Source: Orbicella franksi (Eukaryota). From it: DNA of 64,000 nt. Below, piece after piece: positions 34,480-47,796 of the stretch. The DNA lies in contig OZ116703.1 of NCBI GenBank assembly GCA_964199315.1, positions 22,072,001 through 22,136,000 of the forward strand. Reading direction: 5' to 3'. Numbering within the stretch: position 1 is the first letter of the stretch; each line of letters opens with the position of its first letter. A model generated the notes under the pieces. It was given only the letters and a program-made list of their open reading frames with translations, was not told the DNA's origin and made no database searches. Both the position numbers and the translations under genes were made by a program.

Positions 34480-37119
34480 TTTGGAAACGGTTGGTAAACA
34501 AACGCATACTTTAACTTGGTGAACCGCTGAGGCCAGAAGATCGCGGTTGCAAGCGATTTCCCGCGCATTTTAGCGGAAGCTTCGGGAAGCCCCTGTGTCT
34601 GATTTTAAGCCGAAAAGGACTAGGTACGAGTCTGCAAATTATGGGATTAGCAGCTATTGATCTACATAGTCATAAAGTGCACACCAAGCTTTACAAAATC
34701 CCCAAGTTTGGTGCAAACAGACCCAATAGTAACCAAGATACAACCATTTGAAAACATCAAAATTTACAGAAAAATGTATGGACGCTGTGTCCGGATGACC
34801 AAATATTTCTGTGTAATTTTGGCATTTTTAAATGGCTGTATCTCAGTCAAAACTAGCCTGATTAACACTAAACTTGGGGATTTTGTGAATCTCGATATGC
34901 TCTTTTTGACTATGTGGATCAATAGTTGCTAATCCCTTAATCTACAGACTCATACCTAGTCCTTTTCGGCTTGAAATCAGGCAATACCCATAAGGAAAGA
35001 AAAGGAATTAGGAAGCCCATGAATTGATTTTCTCATGGTTATCATGGCTAGCAGTATTGCTCGTGGGCGCGTACGAACGATGACGACGGAGTCGTGCAAG
35101 ATGGCGGCCATACTCTAGCTAATAGGTTGACAGAGACATGCACCCTCGGTTTGTGACGTCCCTCTATGTTAAAGGTCAATTGACACCTGTCAAAACAAGG
35201 TATCCGCAGTATCATGTGATCATATTGCGGGCTCAAGTTTAGAGCTCATTGAGGTCACGTGATTTTTGAAGTTGACCGTTGACCAAATGCTGGTTTTTCG
35301 ATTGGATCGCGGACTCATGTCGGACTAACTTGTTGAAAACAGGGCCAGGTTGTTCGGAAGCCGGTCATCGCTAACCCAAGGTTATAAAAGTTAACCGAAG
35401 TATAAATTTATCTTGTATACAAATGTTCTTTTAAACTACTTTTGGTTTGTGTATCTGAGGACCTTGAGATTATTCAAACTCAAAACAGAAGGCCAAACGA
35501 CATAAACAGAAAATCTTACCGTTAAGTTACAAAACTCAAGTCAAATTCTCGCTTATCCTGGCTAACTCTATGTCTTATTTGATATACACTATTTAGAAAT
35601 TGCTGTAATGGTTTTAAGCTAACCAAATCCAAACATTCATATTATTGGTGCCTACCGCTCTAAAACTGAAGTTTCAATTTCCGAGTTGATTGGGTAACCC
35701 GGAAACACTGACCCCCACTGCGGACCGGGTCCGCGGACTACCCTACGGACCGGTCCACGGGATAGTGTAAAAATAACAAATAAAGATTTCACTTATTGGG
35801 CGGGAATTAAAAAAACACGCGATAAACTTTTTTTAAGCCTTGAAACTCCGGAAATTACGTTGAATATGGATTAATCTCATTGAGGGCTAGGTCTAAAAAA
35901 AACTCATCGAATGTTTTTTCAATTCCCGCGCAGCTGATTTAATAATTTTAGGGGCAGTTTTTGTCATTTTTGATAAAAGGCAAAATGACACCTCACACCA
36001 GTTGATATTCAAGCCAGCTGCATCTCTTACTCAATAATGTCAATCACAGCTTCTTTGGCCTCAAGAGACTTTGCCAGTCTGACGAATGTTGTTTCTTTGC
36101 TTCATAAGTTTTGAACGGTCAGAGAGTTTTCTTGTCAGTGATCTGGATACGCTCGTCCCAGTGGCAAGAATTTCAAGGAACTGGTGAACACGCCTTCTGC
36201 TCTGGTTTTGTTCCATCTTCGATCTGCAAAGTAGCTCAAAGTCTACGTACAGAATGACAACGCGACCTGAAGGTCTGGATGGAATTAACTGACACCTCAC
36301 AAATGGCGGAAAAAATTACTGACACTGAAATACCCGAAAATTCAACTGACAACTGACATTTGTAGTCAGATTTACTGACAACTGACAAAAGGCTTTAGCC
36401 ATTGTTATTCGTTTGAAATTCACTGAAAATAACTTCTTTTGTGGGGGAAATATTATTGCTTTAACCTTTGTAGTTTAAAATGTATCAGTGTGCTGACTGA
36501 CCACAGCAAATTACTAAACCTCTTACTTCTCGGTGTTGTGGAAACTATTGTTAGTTAGCTATTTTGCTGTGGTTTGAGAATTGCTTATTGTATTTTCAAT
36601 CTTTTGTTTCTCGTCATATGATGATCACGCTATCGGCAACACCAAGAAACTACATTTTCATAATCTGTTTGGCATGTTCAGAATTTGTTTGTTTGTTCGT
36701 GTTCTTTCTCGCAACATGGTCGAGCGCGCGAGCAAAACAAAAGACGCGAGAGATTTATGAGCGCAAAGGGGTAGGGGGTGGGTAAAGGAGAAAATAATTT
36801 GGGGTTTTGCATTTGATTATAACTTTGAAAATAACTTCTCGACCACGGCCAGTTAATCAGCGACGGAAGAACGGTAGCTTAACAGTATATAAAAAGCCCC
36901 TGGCCATTTTGTTATTGTAAAATGTCACAAACCTGATCCGTATCGCGCGCCGTTGGTCTCTGTTTCTGTTTGGTATCTGTTTTATTGATATATCTTTCAA
37001 AAAGTGTTACATATATATTTATATGCTTTCAGTCGAACCGTCACTAAAGGCCACCTCCGCTACAACGGCAAACATCTCTACAACGACCATTTTTTCGGTC
37101 TAATGAAAAAATGACATTA

Positions 37120-37585
37120 CAGTCGAACCTCGATTATCCGGACCTCGATTATCCGGACTATTCGATTATCCGGACTTTTTTCTCTGGTCACAATTTTTTC
37201 ATGAATATTAATTAGTTGTGATCTTGAAAACTCAAAGTCGCAAAAAGCCCAATAATCCTTTCAAAAGACTGTTGAAACAGCATATTATCCTGAGCGCTTT
37301 TCAAAATTCGCAAGTGCGACGAGACAAAGAAATAGTCTGATGCGTTCAGCTGAAATCTGATTGGCTCAACATTTTAGACCTTTGTAAATACCTGAACTGA
37401 AAGTTTTTACTTGTAAATACATACAGGCTGTGTAGATTTCACAATTAAAATGATGTTTTCTTTGCTGTATACCTTTTGTTTACATTTCTATCTCATTAAT
37501 ATTTATGTTTTCGATTATCCGGACTCTCGATTATCCGGACTATTTACCGAGGTCCCGACGAGTCAGGATAATCGAGGTTCGACTG
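37120..37585. mobile_element. Tc1/mariner (pogo-like) MITE, TA TSD
   Basis: TA|CAGTCGAACCTCGATTATCC ... GGATAATCGAGGTTCGACTG|TA with internal TTATCCGGAC repeats. Related CAGT-terminal elements are at about 25760-25900, 33190-33920 and 51510-52000. Confidence 0.85.
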
Positions 37586-38149
37586 TATCATTATTTTGGG
37601 CCTCAAACTATGCAGAAATGAGATCGACTGTTCGTTGCTCGTGTTGTTATCATTATGCTGCTTTATTACATGACAAAGTAGTTTTCAGGTAAATCTGAGC
37701 ATTCTGATTGCCTCTCTCTTGGTCGGGATTTTACCATACGGAGCGAAACGGTTTTAAGCCGTGTATTTTTTGTATTTTCGAAATCCGGTAAATTCAAACA
37801 AGTGCCACATATATAATAAACTTCTTACTAACCTAACTTGTTAGAGTCGTACTGGGGTTTATTGGTCCTCGTCTTTTCTTGTACAGACCTCGCTGAGCTC
37901 GGTCGATCCGAACTGCCACAACAACGGATCAATATTTCCAGGTACAGCCCTTGCGTTCGGTTAGTAAGAGGCTACTAGAATTGTACGAAAGAATATTAAT
38001 ATATTGACAAAAGGGAAAAAGAAGCATTTGGGCAAGTTATCGATTCAAAAGGAATATTTTAAAAACATCAGATTTAGGAGAGATCGCTGAAAAACGCCTG
38101 TCGTCGTGTTTTCGGGTAGCTTGCGTTCAGACGTCAAAAGAAATAGACC

Positions 38150-38478
38150 CAGGGGGTACTTAAAAAAAAAAAAAAAAAAGGACGAAGGTGCTCGTCATAC
38201 CATCTAGGGGTTAGAAATGCGGTTTGGCACGTCTAAGTGTCTTCAGCCTCAAAAGGTCCAGAAGGAGCTTCTAAGCTACCTTTTCGTGGGGTAATGAGCC
38301 AAAAAATATATGACAGGAGATAATGTGTTGTTTTAGAATTGGTACCTCTTAGGGGTGAAAAACTTTCAAGCCACGCCCACAAAACAGGGTCTTGGTTTCT
38401 CTTGGGAGTCAGTTTTCAAAATTTCCGACGAGAACCCTGTCCCTTATATATGGGAGTCCCCCCCCCCCCCCCCCCCTC
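38150..38478. mobile_element. High-copy repeat with poly-G/poly-C ends (MITE-like)
   Basis: GGGGGTACT...GGGAGTCCCCCC ends. Related or internally deleted copies are at about 44088-44210 and 60110-60960. Confidence 0.55.
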
Positions 38479-39252
38479 TTGGGAGGAATAGAGCGGTTTT
38501 TAATTGAGTGTCGAAAGTAATCAGGTAATTAATTACTTTGGTTTTGGTTTGAGATTGGCTGAGTTTGGTAAGTGATTGGTTTGGTTCTGGTTTTATGACA
38601 CTCATTTGAAAACTGCTCTAGAAGGCAAGTTTTCAGATTAATACGCTCTCGCAAAATTTCGAGAAATTTAACTTAGGCTAAGCGTCGTAAACAGACCCAA
38701 ATAAACTATTGTTTTCAGTCTATATACAAGGACAATTACTGCATGTACGCTCGTTTACTTATATGATCACGCACCACCGGGATAGTATTATTAGATACGG
38801 GTTGACAACTTAAGAATCCTGTGTAGTTTGTATGGAACAGCGTAAAAAGTTCGATATTCTAGGGGTAGACTTTAATTTTTTTTCAACTACGCATCCAAAA
38901 TGAAGCAAATCTTTGACTTTTCAGATTTCTCTGTCTCTTTGTTATTTCTTTGTGGACTCGTCTCACAAGGGATTAGAAAGTTAAGATGAAGTAATCCGTT
39001 GTACAATCAACAAGCTAAATACAAATCAAAAATGAACGCACAACAAAACAACTCAGACCAGTGAATGATCGTAAGGTAGATCCTGATTTAGTCATTATGT
39101 CACATGATCAAAAGCAGCCAATTAGAAACGGCGTTGGTGGAAAAATAATGGTCTTCAAACCGCCAAAAACCTCACACACTTAGATCTACACAGGTGACTC
39201 TTGACTTTGTTGCTGAATTCGCGCTCTATATCAGTAAAATGGCCGCTACCTT

Positions 39253-42186
39253 GCTTAATTCCTTGCCCCCGAGTGGGGGATAGGGCCAGAGATCAATGCT
39301 CGCCATCTGTCCCTATTCTTGGCCACAGCTGCTGCTGCGGCCCACGATGTAAGTCACAGCTCAGCGCGTTCCTTCTCCACAGTTCTCCGCCATGTTTCCC
39401 TTGGCCGTCCTCTACTTCTTTTTCCACTTGGTGCCCAGGATAATGCCAGGTGTGGGTTTCGGTTTGGTCCGATACGCAGAACATGACCAATCCACTTCCA
39501 TCGCCTGCGTCGTACTTGTGTACTGATCTTTTCGATTCCCGCTCTTCTCCGAATTTCATCAGTGGGCACACGCATGGGCCAATGGACTTTCAAGATTCTC
39601 TTTAGGCATTTGTGAAGAAAGGTGTCAAGCCTTTTTTCATCCGTTTTTGTCATTCTCCAAGTCTCGCATCCATACAACAGGACAGCAATGATGTTTGACT
39701 TGAAGATCCTCATCTTAGTTTCTCGGCGGAATTCACCTGTTCTCCACACCTTGGAAAGTCGATGAAAAACGCTTCTAGTTTTACCTAACCTACTCCGAAT
39801 GTCCTGTTCGGCACCACCCAAGTTGTTAACAGTGGCCCTTAGATAGACAAAGCTGTCTGTATCCTCTACGTCAGTGCCGTTTATCTTTATAGGATCTTGT
39901 CTCCTAGCATTGAGTCTGAGCACCTTCGTTTTGTCGACGTTTATCTTCAAACCCGTACCTTCACCCCAGTCTTTCTAACTTCGTTTCTACTTGCGTCCAT
40001 GTGCTGGAAATGAGCGCAATGTCATCGGCATAGTCTAGGTCTTCAAGCTGTCGCATCATCTTCCATCGAATCCCTGTATTACCTTGCTCGGTAGTCCTAC
40101 ACATAATCCAATCTATTACCAGCAGGAAGAGAAACCCTGACATTACACAACCCTGTTTCACTCCTGCTTTCACGGTAAACCAATCCGATTTGCCTGCTCC
40201 ATCGATCACTGCACACTTGGTGTTACTGTAAAACAATTTGACCATTCTTATGAATTTTGATGGTATTCCATAAGACTGCATTATCCTCCACAGTGTTTCA
40301 CGGTGGACACTATCAAATGCTTTCTCGTAATCTACACAACAGGTATACAGACTTGCATTCCATTCCAGCGATTGTTCGATGACATTTCGCAGCACAAAGA
40401 TGTGTTCAGTCGTGCTTCGCCCAGTTCTGAAACCTGCCTGTTCTTCCCTTAGCATCCCATCCACTGCATCATGCAGTCTAATAATAATTACTCTTCCCAT
40501 AACTTTCGCTGGTACAGATAACAACGTTATTCCACGCCAGTTGCCGCAGTCAGTAAGGTTCCCCCTTTACCCGTTTACCTTTTCTAAAGACATCCTCCAA
40601 TTTTCTTTTCATAAAGAAGCCATTTTGATTTCAAACAAGACAGATGATTTTATTTATTATTAAGTTAATAAGGTATTTTAATTCTAATTATTGTTTTATT
40701 TTTATCTTAGTTATTTTACTATTATAAGCAGGTCCATATCAGCCTTTTGGCTGCCGATTCAATATTGTTCATTCAATCTTGTAATTATAAACCTGCTCTA
40801 ACAAATAAAGGATTGATTGATTGATTGATTTTTGGGAAGCCTAACGATCAGACCACAATTCCAGTCCTCCGGGATTTCCTCTGTCTCCCACACCGTGCGA
40901 AATAGGTCTTCTAGGAGGCACGCAGTTGTCTCTATGTCAGCCTTCAGTAGTTCTGCTGTGATTGAATCCATTCCAGCTGCTTTGCCATTCTTCATGTTCT
41001 TCAGAGCCTGCTTTAATTCCTGTCGGGTGATACATTCGTCGCTGACATCTATTTCGTTTGGCTGCCTATCGTCGACAACTGCGGGGGCTACTGGATCAGG
41101 CCGGTTCAGGACATTGTCGAAATGTTCTTACCATCTATGTCTGATCTCTTCTTCTGTTGTTAATAGCTTTCCATCCTGGTCTTTCACCATGTTCATTCTT
41201 CGTGGCCGGTCGTTGCATAACGTCTTCGTTACCTCGTACACCGCTTTTAGCTAGGTTGCCATTCCTTGCAGCCTCCTCGGCTTCCCTTGCAAGCGCATTT
41301 GCCCATTCCCTCTTGTCTGCTCTCAAGCTTCTCTTTACTTCCTTGTTTTTCTCATTGTATTCTATTCTCCTTCTTTCTCTTATCCTTTCTGATCTTGTCT
41401 CTTCCATCTTCTCCTTCAATTTCCTTCTTTCGTCCATTTTTCTCCAACTTGTTGCACTTATTCAAGTCTTGCTCTTCCTTTGTCTATGACCAAGAACTGA
41501 CTATGCCGTTTCGCTGTAGGCCTTCTTGATGTTCGACCATTTCTCCTCGACGCTTTCGGCATTCTGGGAGTCATCGTTTCCTGTTTCATCTGACTCAGTT
41601 TCTGTCAAGCAGCTAAATCTGTTCTTAAGCTCTAAGACAAACCTTTGTTTAATCTCAGGCACCTTCAGCTTGCTCAGCTCATACTTCCGTGCCGTCGTTT
41701 CGCCTTGCTTTCTAACCACCCCACTTAGCTTCAATCGAATATTTCCAACAACCAGGTTGTGATCACTAGCTATGTCGGCTCCCCTGAAAGCCCTGACGTC
41801 CTGTACCGATCTCTTAAATATACCATTAACAGCTATGTGGTCAATTTGATTCCTTGTTCTTCCATCTGGAGAGGTCCAGGTGTACTCATGGATGTCTTTG
41901 TGGAGGAACATGGTCGTTATGATGGCCATGTTGTTGGCCGCACAGAACTCTATGAACCTCTCACCATTATCAGATCTGTCGCTTCCTAAACCATGCTTAC
42001 CAACCACTCCGTTTTCGCCCTCCATTTGGTGCCCTAACTTTGCATTCCAGTCGCCCATAGTTATTATGATGTCATGTCGAGGTGTCCTGTCATACGCCTG
42101 TTGCAGTAGTTCATAGAACCCGTCTTTTTCATTGGTGTCAGCGTCATTGGTCGGTGCATAGACTTGAATAATAGTTGTTTTTATGT
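39253..42186 (-). mobile_element. 5'-truncated RTE-clade LINE (APE endonuclease + reverse transcriptase), fragmented ORF, 8-bp TSD
   Basis: APE motifs [28 protein letters not shown]; RT motifs DYEKAFDSV, GVKQGC, DYADD; RTE-type C-terminus RRRRWKWIGHVLR. GCTACCTT TSD at 39245-39252 and 42187-42194. 3'-end hairpin CCCCC-N4-GGGGG at 39266-39279. Confidence 0.9.
40569..40828 (+). mobile_element. Nested 5'-truncated LINE 3' tail (L2/CR1-like) inside the RTE RT domain
   Basis: Interrupts LPK|KGNLTDCGNWRG. AT-rich, with GCAGGT...ACCTGC inverted motifs, AATAAA and a (GATT)5 tail. Confidence 0.65.
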
Positions 42187-44736
42187 GCTACCTTAGTTGT
42201 GGATAATGGCTCCGGTACGTGCAAGGCCGGTTTTGCCGGAGATGATGCTCCTCGAGTAGGGTTTCCCTCCATCGTTGGTCGCCCAAGACATCAGGGCGTG
42301 ATGGTTGGTATGAGTCAGAAAGACGCGTACGTCGGCGAGGAAGCTCAGAACAAGCGAGGCATTCTGACTCTGAAATATCCCATGGAATACGGCATCATCA
42401 CCAACTGGGATGACACGGAGAAGGTAACCAAAATTTGCTGCTTTAATTATCGAATATTCGGACATTACTCTACTGTGAATTTCCTTCATTTCAGGTCTGG
42501 CATCACGCCTTCTATAACGAACTGTGTGTAGCTCCCGAGGAACACCCAGTTCTGCTAACATAAGCTCCGCTAAACCCAAAAGCTAACAAAGAAAGGATGA
42601 CCCAGGTACACACACTTCTCTCAAGTGATGAATCACTCTTGCTGTTGATTTGAACACAACGTTCAACTTTGTAATGTACCAAGTCCTAAAACGACAAGAC
42701 TTTTTGAATACTATTGTACCCAAGTCTAAGTGTAATTTTGAATTATGTAAATTTGTGCATTGACCAAGCTTGTTCGGTCAAGATGGCTGGATATTGGCCA
42801 AGTCAGTCTTTTGCGTGTTTATGGACCGAGAAGGAGTCGAGGTGAATTTGTTCTTTTTTTTAATCGGGCAGGTTATGTTTGAGACCTTCCATTCGCCAGC
42901 GGTGTTCCTTGCCGTCCAGGCTGCTTTGTCTCTTTACGCCTCTGGTCGTATAACAGGAAATGTTGTAGACATCGGTGATGGGGTCAGTTTCTCAGTTCCC
43001 GTCCACGATGGCTACGCTCTTCCCGATGCCGTCGTTTGTCCTTACTTGGCCGGCAGGGACTTGACAGACTACCTCATGAAGATTCTGACCGAGCGTGGCT
43101 ACTCCTTCACCACCACAGCCGAGCGTGAGATCGTGCGTGACATCAAAGAAAAACTTTGCTATGTTGCTCTCGACTTCGAGAAAGAAATGACGACTGCTGG
43201 CTCAAGCTCCACCATAGAAAAGATCTACGAACTTCCCGACGGTGCCGTCGTTACTATTAACAACGAGCGCTTCAGGGATCCTGAGGCCCTGTTTCAGCCC
43301 TCTTTCCTTGGAATCGAAGCTGCAGGCATCCACGAGTCCACCTACAATTCCATCATGAAGTGTGACGAGGACATCCGTAAGGACTTATACGCCAACATAG
43401 TATTGTCTGGGGGCTCCAGTATGTTCCCAGGAATCGCTGACAGAATGCAGAAAGAAATCACTGGCCTGGCTCCACCCACAATGAAGATCGAGATCATTGC
43501 TCCTCCTGAGCGTAAATACTCTGTATGGATCGGAGGATCTATCTTAGCCTTGCTGTCCACCTTCCCACAGATGTTGATTTCCAAACAAGAATACGACGAA
43601 GAAGGACCCTCAGTTGTTCACCGCAAATGTTTTTAAAAACACTAACATTTGAGTTCAATCGGAGAAATAAGAATTTTATACGGACACGATTTTGCTGTTT
43701 TCGAGAGGACATTTTGTACGTCTGATGAAATATTCGTAAGAAAGTGTATACGCCAAGCTAAAGTACTTTTTTTCTGGTATCGGTAATTCTGTAACTTTCT
43801 ATAAATAAATCAAATCAAATTTCTCGGGGATCATTTATATCTGTCTGTATTTTTGAGCTGCAGTTAATCAACTGCGCCATTGCAAAGCTCAAATGCACTC
43901 GGCGCTTTCCGAAAACGCAGGTGAAAGAAAAGTAAACGTCATTCCAGGGAGGTACCGTGGTGTAACAGTGATGGAGAGATGCAAGGCTGTTTATGGGTTG
44001 GGAAATTTGTGAAGTCACTACTTTCTGCGTTAAATATCACTGTAAGCCTTTCACAGTTTCGAGTCAAACATTAGCATTAGTTTCACCCGGGGGGGGGGGG
44101 GGGTACTTCCATATAAAAAAGACGGGGGTGCTCTTCGGAAATTTTGGAAAGAACACCAACATCCTGTTTTGTGGGCGTGGCTTTTATATGGCAGTTCCCC
44201 CCCCCTCCCGGGCAGTTTCATTATTACTTACAAACGACTACCCTGTTTACGAGATTGGTAATATGCAAGCAATTACCGACTCCAGAGGGCACGTTCGAAC
44301 ACATAATAAAAAGTACTCTTGTGGCAAAATAAAAAGCAGGTTCTAGGAAAGTACTTCTTAAAAACAGGTCCGCAGTGCGTACATGTATGGGTTACAAGTT
44401 TTAGTTGTAATTAGGATAAACTGAATTATCACGACCGACCTTGAAAACTGAAAGCAGGGGAAAAAAGTGAAACTTTCTACGCCACGACCAATATGGCCGA
44501 CTTCATCCGACCACTAACCGGAACCTGGTTTCAGCAGAACACGTGACAAGCGCTTAGCTCCCGTAGACAAATAAATAAAGAAATATCTCGGATGAAGACA
44601 AAGTGTGGATTACACTTCGTGTAAGCTACACAAAACCTGTCAGATTATATGCCCTGCAATAGGAACTGCGTATGAACCCTTAAGCCTGCCCGCAGGTTTC
44701 TAACAATGCCAGCGATGTTTGACGAGTTAGCTGAAA

Positions 44737-44782
44737 GGCCTCTGAAAGTCCCTTGGCAGGGGCGAAACATACGTATGTAAGG
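44737..44782 (+). ncRNA. Degenerate type I hammerhead-ribozyme-like motif (one core nucleotide missing)
   Basis: CCT-CTGAAA-GTCCCT(TGGC)AGGGGC-GAA-ACATACGTATGT-A-AGG: 6-bp stem II, perfect 12-nt palindromic stem III, GUA site and 3-bp stem I. The core is CUGAAA rather than CUGANGA. Confidence 0.35.
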
Positions 44783-45213
44783 GTAGCCATTGTAATATTC
44801 TCACACTTTTTGCTAAAATATATCAAGAGAATAACACAAATATATACAAATACATACTAGTAATGCAACGGAATATCTCACGGGTCGCAAGGTATAAAAT
44901 TCTCGCGTGTATACCAAGAAAATACAAGTGACGAGGGATATTCCATGGTATATCACAAGAAAACGTTGTAAAACTATTTTACACCATGCCATATTAAATA
45001 CAGTATCAAACGAAAAAGATCGCTGCGCACGATGGGAAGGTTGGGCGTAATTCCGTGAAGTATACAATGGCTTTCTGTGTTCTAATTGGCTGTATTTCTT
45101 TAAACACCATGTAGTGTTCTGCAGGCAAAAGATCAAAACAAAACAAAAAAAAGTAACGCCTGAGAAAGAACTGAACAAATTCAGCTTTTTAAGAGGTAAT
45201 CTCTGACACAATG

Positions 45214-45399
45214 TAGCCTGTAGTGCAGGCGCTTTTTTTTTTTTTGGAACGGAACGCTCGATAGACCAGGCTTTCGATGCCGTCTACTCCCTGGGCAAAT
45301 TTCCCCTTGCCCCAACCCTCCACAGTTACCAAATACAAGACAGCGGCCTAATACGAAAATGTGCACTCGCGCGCAAATATGCGCCTGCAAAGCGGGCTA
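45214..45399. mobile_element. hAT-type MITE, 8-bp TSD
   Basis: TAGCCTGTAGTGCAGGCG ... CGCCTGCAAAGCGGGCTA; ACACAATG at 45206-45213 and 45400-45407. Confidence 0.85.
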
Positions 45400-47796
45400 A
45401 CACAATGGAAAGAACCGTTTCTTCACCATTAAGTCAGGTACGCTTGGGATATACAGCTTGCAGTCCAGAGGAAGAAATGGAGATCGGTGGCTAACTTCAG
45501 GAAGGCTTCAACTGGAACTAGCAAGCGGTGGCTGAAGAGAAGTCGATGAGGAACTATGCGTTACTTGCTTCAGTACAACTCTTATACAAATAACTTTATT
45601 ACAAGTCAAAATCTTATTTGGCCAACCAGAAGGGGCTACAAACTTCTGAATGTGCTTTGCTTCATGTACTATTTACAATGCAGGGCGGTGTTTTTTGTTG
45701 TTGTTGGCTTTAATTTTTGCGTCAAAAATTGTAGAAAATAGGTTACCCGTTTCGGGTTTTCTAATGCCTTATCAAAGATAGCGGCATTTTATTGGAGCTT
45801 TGAGCCTCAACAAATAATATTCTCCACACCGCGAATCTACTTACTATTTACAGTGTTACTTCTCTTGATAATTTTGCCATTCGAAAGCTCGTAATATTCG
45901 GTTTAATTCATTTTAATGCGCGACTCTGTCTAAGCACTTAACAAAATTCATTCTGCGGACATTTCAAGGTTCCAGGTATTTTCCTCTAATTTAATCCTTA
46001 ACCTTCAAAAAGAGAAAAGGTTTCACTAAAATTAAAAGAGCTCAGTCACGGTATTTTGAGTTATTTTGGCCACGCACAAAATTACCTGAAAATAGTAGCT
46101 TACTAAGATAGAAAAACACCAAGGAGATAACAACAATTATACAATAACTGAGTTATTATGCGCGCTCTCATTGGTCGATAGGTGTGTTTAGATGAGAGTA
46201 TGTAAACAGGGTTGTGCCGTTTCAGATTCGCGCGTATTCTTGAGAATTAGTTTATAAAAGTAGTAGAGTACTTTTTCCGTGTTTACATAGCCTCATCTAA
46301 ACACTCGGGGGTCTTAGAGAATCTCGAAAGTTAAGCAAACGTTTGTATAACTGTCTCGAATTCTCCCAACCCTCTTCGTGTTTAGATAAAGGCTATGTTA
46401 ACACGGAAAAAGTGCTCTACCGCTTAAATCATAAAGGAACAAGGATGGCTAAGGATGGAGAAGATTAACAAAGATTACAAACGATGAACTTGAAAAATTT
46501 AGGCCAAGTTTTTCAAAAGGCGCAAACCGTGACGTAGTTCCTTTAAGATTTTTCTTGAGAATTAAATATTTCAGACTGAACGAGTATCTCTTGCTAGACA
46601 CAAAGCATTTTGGTACAAAATCGAAGCCTGCGTATACAAGTTTGCGCACAGGCACGAAAGATGCTTCAAGAAACTGCGGTATTCCTAGGTAAATAGGGAG
46701 GAGAAAGGAGGGAAATGGGGAGGAGAGACACAACGTGACAAGTATTTTCCGTTAGACCTGTGAAGCAAGTGAAATGATAACCTACTCGCCTGTTAACGAA
46801 AGTAATATAATGGGTGACAAATTACTCCTTATTTTTGCCGTGAAATTTCAGCATTAACTTCTAATTTCACGTGTGAAATTACAAAATTGCCGTGGCAATG
46901 TTTGGCCCGAATTTTCTCGATACAATAGAGAAATAAAAAAACCCACGATTGTATGCGTAATTTGCCACCCATGATATTAAAAGGTAATTAAATGGTATAC
47001 TCGTAAAATAAAGAATAATATCACTCGCGTTTTGTCAAAATTCCAACAATTTCCTTCGCTCGGTAGTTCTTTTAGAATTTGGACAAAACGCGCTTGAAAT
47101 TATTTCCTAATTTCACTCGTCACCGTTTGATTACTCATACTGATTGTCTTCTCCCGACCGCCAATTCCCACCTTTCCTCCAACCTCTTACTCTAAATAGC
47201 CTTATGGCTTGATCACTTATTACGCACTCTGTTTTTTCTGCCCAAAGGAAACCGTGGTATCTAATCCTCGCGTTGGGGCTTCAGAAGGTTTGCGTATTAA
47301 TTGGGTTAAACTGACAGAAATTCTACGGGCTTTAACCATGCAAGGATCAAAAAAGACCTTGTTGCAACGTACATTTTACGAGTATCTCGGCTGGGCTTTT
47401 TAAAGGCGGTGTTTGGATAGACGCATTCCAAAATGGCGGTAACACCCAAGTGATAAGACTTTTCATCACTGTAAACTGATTACGACTCAAGATTTTGAGT
47501 TGAATTCTAAGCTCGTAATTGTCTAAAAACAAGAATACAGCACACGTCAGGTTTGTTCCTAAGTTAATAGTACCTGAAAAACGACAATACACTGGCCTCC
47601 GAATTCTGCTTTGAAACAATATTTGAGCTTATGTTAGTCTCCTCCACAGCCGTTTTTTCGGAAGTCACGCAACGCTCGAACGATGCATGACATCCCGAAA
47701 ACGGCTTCGGAGGAGACTAAGCTTATGTCGAATACACGCCATTTTGTTGTCTATCCCAAACGATACCAAGTGTTCCCAGTCCCCCAGCAGTTCCAG

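Larger units (their letters stand above)
39239..43636 (+). pseudogene. Divergent actin paralogue, pseudogenised by LINE insertion and a nonsense codon
   Basis: Reconstructed exons: 39239-39252 joined to 42195-42423 ([12 protein letters not shown]...DDTEK), 42495-42605 (VWHH...VLLT*APLNPKANKERMTQ, TAA at 42561 where actin has Glu), and 42872-43636 (...VVHRKCF*). Confidence 0.9.

Noticed and set aside
36061-36300. Short ORF (MEQNQSRRRVHQFLEIL...) as a gene or transposase
   Set aside because: It stops early, has no recognisable motif or splice context, and lies in a repeat-like region with TGACAACTGACA motifs; possibly a decayed element.
42561-42563. Stop-codon recoding in the actin
   Set aside because: The codon is TAA, not TGA, no SECIS is evident, and the gene is independently broken by the LINE.
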